NCBI GenBank assembly: GCA_036012755.1
Contig: DASCPX010000016.1
Location: 64,001-128,000 of the forward strand
Direction: 5' to 3'
DNA: 64,000 bases
Source: Myxococcota bacterium
GTDB lineage: Bacteria; Myxococcota_A; UBA796; CAJQPC01
Below the pieces are notes generated by a model, which was not told the origin of the DNA, made no database searches, and saw only the letters and a list, made by a program, of their open reading frames with translations. A program made the translations under genes and the position numbers. Position 1 is the first letter of the stretch; each line of letters opens with the position of its first letter. This document shows positions 59,986 through 64,000 of this stretch, piece after piece.

Positions 59986-61584
59986 TTGGCCGAACACGAG
60001 AACGCACCGCACCTGTCCGCGGACAACCCGCCCCAGGGTGCCAATGGGCGCTTCCACGTGGCCCTGATCACCATCTACAGCGTCGAGAACGCAGGCATCC
60101 GCTACATCTCCGCGGCGCTGCAGCGCATCGGGGTGGAGACCACGATCATCTTCCTGCGGGACTGGGTGAACAACCGCCTGGAGATGCCCTCCGAGAAGGA
60201 GTTCTCCATCCTCATGGACACGCTCCATGACAAGAAGCCCGACCTCATCGGGATCGGCTTCATGTCCTCGCTGTTGCCCATGGCCAAGGAGCTGACCAGG
60301 CGTCTGGAGCGGGTCTTCCCCTCGACCCCACAGATCTGGGGAGGCATCCACCCCACCAGCGTGCCCGAGCAGTGCATCGAGTACGTCGACTACCTCTGCC
60401 TGGGCGAAGGCGAGGTCGCCATCTGTGACCTCGTGCGCGCCATGTCCGACGGCGAGCCCACCGACGACATCCCCAACATCTGGAAGCGGGACGCCGACGG
60501 CACGGTGCACGAGAACAAGCCGCGCCCGCTCATCCAGGACCTCGACTGGCTGCCCTACCCGGACACCGCCGACGAGAACAAGGTCTACATCGAGAAGGGC
60601 AAGGTCTCCATCGAGGAGCCCTGGAAGCGCGGGGCCGAGTACCGCATCTACTTCTCGCGTGGCTGTCCCTACAACTGCAGCTACTGCTACGTCAGCATCC
60701 TGCGCGACGTCTACGACGAGAAGGGACGCAAGTTCTACCGGGCGCGATCCGTCGAGCACATCCTCGGCGAGCTCGAGCACATGCAGAGGACCTTCCCGAA
60801 GATCGCCCGGATCAAGGTCGACGACGACACCAGCTTCGCCTTCGGGCAGGACTGGATGGACGAGTTCCTCGAGAAGTACCCCGGTCGCATCGGTGTGCCC
60901 TTCGAGTGCCTGCTCATCCCCCCGATGCTGCGCAAGGACATGCTCTACAAGCTCAAGGACGCAGGGCTCATCCGCGTCCAGACGGGCATCGAGAGCGGCT
61001 CGAGCAAGGAGTCCAAGGAGCTCCACAACCGCTCCCCGGGCAACCAGGCGATCATGAACTTCGCGGAGTTCAACAAGGATCTCCAGATGGACATCGTCTA
61101 CGACATCATCGTGGACAACCCCCACGCGACAGAGGAGATGAAGCTCGAGACCGCCGAGTTCCTGCTCGAGCTGCCGCTGCCCTACAGCATCTTCTTCTAC
61201 AGCCTCAACTACTTCCCGGGCACCGCCCTCACCAAGCAGGGGCTGGCCGACGGCACGTTGGATCCCAACCTCGTCGAGGGCAACAACAACAAGGCCTGGT
61301 ACCAGTTCCGCGTGTCGATGGACTGGCCTCGCAGCGACGAAGACAGGTTCTACCTGGCGATCTTCTGCCTCGCGTCGAAGTCCTTCGTGCCGCGCAGCTT
61401 CATCCGCCGGCTCATCGACAACCGCGAGCACTGGAAGCAGAACGTCGAGCCGGTCTTCTACCTGGCCTGGGCCGCGAACTACGTGCGCATGTTCAAGGTG
61501 GCCTTCGACTACTTCAAGCGCGGCGAGCTGACCTGGTTCAAGGTCCGGCAGTACGGCGACATCCGCAAGCTGATCAGCCAGTAG
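59986..61584 (+). CDS. Cobalamin-binding radical SAM protein
   Basis: IWGGIHPT..PE, GEGE, DLD.LPYPD, SRGCPYNCSYC, DDD, GIESG. Confidence 0.92.
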   Translation: MAEHENAPHLSADNPPQGANGRFHVALITIYSVENAGIRYISAALQRIGVETTIIFLRDWVNNRLEMPSEKEFSILMDTLHDKKPDLIGIGFMSSLLPMAKELTRRLERVFPSTPQIWGGIHPTSVPEQCIEYVDYLCLGEGEVAICDLVRAMSDGEPTDDIPNIWKRDADGTVHENKPRPLIQDLDWLPYPDTADENKVYIEKGKVSIEEPWKRGAEYRIYFSRGCPYNCSYCYVSILRDVYDEKGRKFYRARSVEHILGELEHMQRTFPKIARIKVDDDTSFAFGQDWMDEFLEKYPGRIGVPFECLLIPPMLRKDMLYKLKDAGLIRVQTGIESGSSKESKELHNRSPGNQAIMNFAEFNKDLQMDIVYDIIVDNPHATEEMKLETAEFLLELPLPYSIFFYSLNYFPGTALTKQGLADGTLDPNLVEGNNNKAWYQFRVSMDWPRSDEDRFYLAIFCLASKSFVPRSFIRRLIDNREHWKQNVEPVFYLAWAANYVRMFKVAFDYFKRGELTWFKVRQYGDIRKLISQ

Positions 61585-61586
61585 CC

Positions 61587-61817
61587 ATGGGACTCCGAGA
61601 CCTCGCCCGCAGAGTGAAGAACGCAGTGAAGGACCGGGTCCGCGACACGGGCATGCCCTCGAGCCCCCCGGATCCGCGCACGCCCCCCAAGGTGGACCCC
61701 AAGCCTCCGGCCCCGGCAGAGCCGAAGGGCACGGACGGCGGCACGGACGAGCCCTGGTACTTGCAGGGCGACATCGACGCCTACGGCTGGGAGAACACCG
61801 ACGCCGCCGACGATTGA
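61587..61817 (+). CDS. Small hypothetical protein (76 aa)
   Basis: ATG 2 nt after the rSAM stop; MGLRDLARRVKNAVK - Pro-rich - EPWYLQGDIDAYGWENTD. Confidence 0.6.
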   Translation: MGLRDLARRVKNAVKDRVRDTGMPSSPPDPRTPPKVDPKPPAPAEPKGTDGGTDEPWYLQGDIDAYGWENTDAADD

Positions 61818-61852
61818 GGCTCTCTCTCTCGGTTCGACTTGGAGGTCCCTGA

Positions 61853-62752
61853 GTGGACCGGTTGATCTGGCGACTCGAGGCTCGTCCCTTGGACTTCGAG
61901 AAGATCGTGCGCAAGGACGGCTACCTCGAGCTCTCCGGGCCCCTGGGATGCTGCTCGGTCTTCGTTCCGAGTGGAGCCTTCGACACCGGCATGCCGGTTC
62001 GGCTCCGGGTGCTGGGCTCTCCGCTCAGCACGCTCACGTACACGCTGTCCGACGCTGGCATGTTCCACGGCGTGAAGGCGTGGCTCGGCCCCTCGGACGT
62101 CGAGGTCGGCGAGGCACGCTTCGATGGGAGGTTCGAGCTCCACGGTCCAGACGCCGACGGCCTGGTGGCGTTGTTCGGTCCCGCTGGGCGCGAGGCGGCC
62201 TGTGAGCTGGGCGCCGGTGTAGACCTTCGCGCGGATCACACCCTGCTCGATGCCCGCTGGATCGTGACGGACGCCGGCTACGCGGTGGACCACATCCAGG
62301 CCTTCCTGGCCTTTCGAGCGGCGCTGTCCGTCGAACGCTGGCCCGAACTCCAAAGCCTGGGGTTCGAGCGCGAAGGCCTCGGACAGTGGACCCGCGGCCC
62401 GCTCCAGGTCGCGATCCTAGGACGACCACCTCGACTGGTGCTCGAACTCGCCGGCACCTTCCCCCTCCTCTGCGCGGGCCGTGACGCTCTGCCACCGGCC
62501 GCGGCCTTCGAGACCCACAACCCCGTCGTCGACCAGCTGGTCCGCGTGGGCGGCAATCCCGACACCGTCCGCCCCCTGCTCGCGGACGAGGACTTCCTCG
62601 CGGCGCTGCTCGAGCTGGTTCACGGCCACCCGGGCTCGTCTCTGACTCCAGCCAGGATCCGCCTGGTCGTTCCGGGCGTGCCCGATGAGGCCCCGACTGA
62701 TCTTCTCGAGCGCATCGAAGACTTCGCGCGCCGTCTGCGGGCGGGGTCCTGA
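61853..62752 (+). CDS. Hypothetical protein
   Basis: GGAGG SD, 299 aa, D.EVG...FD.RF motif partly repeated. Confidence 0.65.
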   Translation: MDRLIWRLEARPLDFEKIVRKDGYLELSGPLGCCSVFVPSGAFDTGMPVRLRVLGSPLSTLTYTLSDAGMFHGVKAWLGPSDVEVGEARFDGRFELHGPDADGLVALFGPAGREAACELGAGVDLRADHTLLDARWIVTDAGYAVDHIQAFLAFRAALSVERWPELQSLGFEREGLGQWTRGPLQVAILGRPPRLVLELAGTFPLLCAGRDALPPAAAFETHNPVVDQLVRVGGNPDTVRPLLADEDFLAALLELVHGHPGSSLTPARIRLVVPGVPDEAPTDLLERIEDFARRLRAGS

Positions 62753-62768
62753 GGAGTACCCTCTCCCC

Positions 62769-64000
62769 ATGTTGCTGGTCCTCCTGAGCTGCACCAGAGA
62801 GGCTGGCGAGCTCCAGCGCTGCAGCATCGACGCCCCTGAGTCGACGACGCTGCGGGTGGACGGCACGGAGCTCATCGACGAGCACGACCGGGTCGTCCAG
62901 CTCCGGGGGGTCAACGCCGGTGGACGCAGCAAGTTCGCGCCCTACGCGCCCTTCGAGTTCGAGGACTACGACGAGGAGCTCGGCCCCTACCTCGACCGGG
63001 CCGCCAGCTGGGGTATCGACGTCTTGCGCGTGCCCTTTTCGTGGGAAGCCGTCGAGCCAGCCCAGGGCGTGATCGACGAGGCCTTCCTGTCCCGCTACGA
63101 CGCCCTGCTCGACGGCGCCTGGGACCGCGGAATGTGGACCATCGTCGACTTCCACCAGGACATCTACGCAGAGGTCTTCTGCGGAGACGGCTTCCCCGCG
63201 TGGACCGTGGACACCGATCGGGAGCCCCACCACGACTGCTCGGACTGGGGCTCGAGCTACTTCCTCGACGACGACGTGCAGGCCGCGTTCACCGACTTCT
63301 GGGCCGACGAAAACGGGACCCAGGAGGCCTACGGCGCGATGTGGGAGGCCATGGCCGCCCGACACGCGGATCGTCCCGGGGTGCTCGGCTACGAGCTGAT
63401 CAACGAGCCCCACGAGGGGGAGGCCTCCGACTGGGACACAGAGGTCCTGCCGGCCTTCTACAGCGAACACGCGGCCCGGCTGCAGGCCATCGACGACGAC
63501 GCCATCGTGTTCTTCGACGTCGGCGGCCTCGACGGCATCTCGGTGAGCACCGACCTGGAGCTGCCCGAGGGGGACAACCTCGTCTTCGCCCCCCACTACT
63601 ACAACCCCCAGGTCTACCTGGGCGGCTCGCTGGAGATCGACGTGCCCGCCGAGATCGCTGGCTGGCACGACCAGGGGGTCGACTGGGACGTGCCGGTGCT
63701 GGTCGGCGAGTTCGGCGTGCAGCCCTCTCGCGAGGGCGCCGCGGAGTACGTGGCCCGGCACTTCCAGGCCTTCGACGAGCTCGACCTGCACGGCACGGTC
63801 TGGGAATACAGCACGGCGGAGGAGCTCTGGAACGAAGAGGACTTCTCCCTGGTCGAGGCCGACGGCACCGAGCGTGAGACCGTCGTGAGCGTGATGCGGC
63901 CCTATGCCAAGGCGCTGGCCGGAGAGCTGGTCGAGCAGTCCTGGTCCGGGGGGACGTTCACGCTTCGATACACCGCGGAGCCAGGCGGCATCAGCGAGAT
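62769..64000 (+). CDS. GH5 endoglycoceramidase-like glycoside hydrolase, lipoprotein (runs off the window)
   Basis: Hand-translated MLLVLLSC..., LRGVN, WEAVEP, DFHQD...GDGFPAW, GYELINEP, FAPHYY, VGEFG, RPYA. Confidence 0.88.
   Translation, partial: MLLVLLSCTREAGELQRCSIDAPESTTLRVDGTELIDEHDRVVQLRGVNAGGRSKFAPYAPFEFEDYDEELGPYLDRAASWGIDVLRVPFSWEAVEPAQGVIDEAFLSRYDALLDGAWDRGMWTIVDFHQDIYAEVFCGDGFPAWTVDTDREPHHDCSDWGSSYFLDDDVQAAFTDFWADENGTQEAYGAMWEAMAARHADRPGVLGYELINEPHEGEASDWDTEVLPAFYSEHAARLQAIDDDAIVFFDVGGLDGISVSTDLELPEGDNLVFAPHYYNPQVYLGGSLEIDVPAEIAGWHDQGVDWDVPVLVGEFGVQPSREGAAEYVARHFQAFDELDLHGTVWEYSTAEELWNEEDFSLVEADGTERETVVSVMRPYAKALAGELVEQSWSGGTFTLRYTAEPGGISE

Noticed and set aside
35646..64000. parS sites near the origin
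   Set aside because: Only half-matches seen (e.g. TTCCACGTG near 60052, TGTTCCACG near 35888 and 62061); no full 16-bp palindrome noticed by eye

Overview
High-GC bacterial chromosome segment, probably Myxococcota-like (inferred from gene content: Cys/Asp-rich lipoproteins, TSP3-OmpA, MopE/FG-GAP protein, paired ArsA-family ATPases). It spans the replication origin region. gyrB-recF-dnaN-[oriC]-dnaA lie on the minus strand, and rpmH-rnpA-yidD-yidC-jag-mnmE-gshB on the plus strand. The flanks carry housekeeping genes (psd, mutS2, ogt, SSADH, fabH, rlmD, NAD kinase, dapF) and many exported proteins. No rRNA, tRNA, CRISPR array, transposase or integrase was seen. Most notable observations: (1) at least 8 proteins with ultra-short, uncharged lipoprotein-like signals such as MFWLAC and MIWLLAC; (2) a recurring TANNNT box 6-7 nt before start codons, suggesting widespread leaderless mRNAs; (3) an operon of a TraB-like OmpA, Cys-rich lipoproteins, an exported PEP-synthase-type ATP-grasp protein and a lamin-tail lipoprotein; (4) a MenA1/MenT1-like toxin-antitoxin pair; (5) a sigma54 promoter driving an orphan sigma28 plus FlgM-like pair; (6) a DapF with both catalytic Cys replaced by Ser; (7) two B12-radical SAM genes flanking a GT-C-like membrane protein, behind a PdhR-type operator and followed by a small peptide; (8) a mosaic FG-GAP gene broken at a G11 tract; (9) a GATC-rich oriC with DnaA-trio-like repeats and a possible remote DnaA-box cluster. 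All calls come from reading motifs by eye; no database searches were run.
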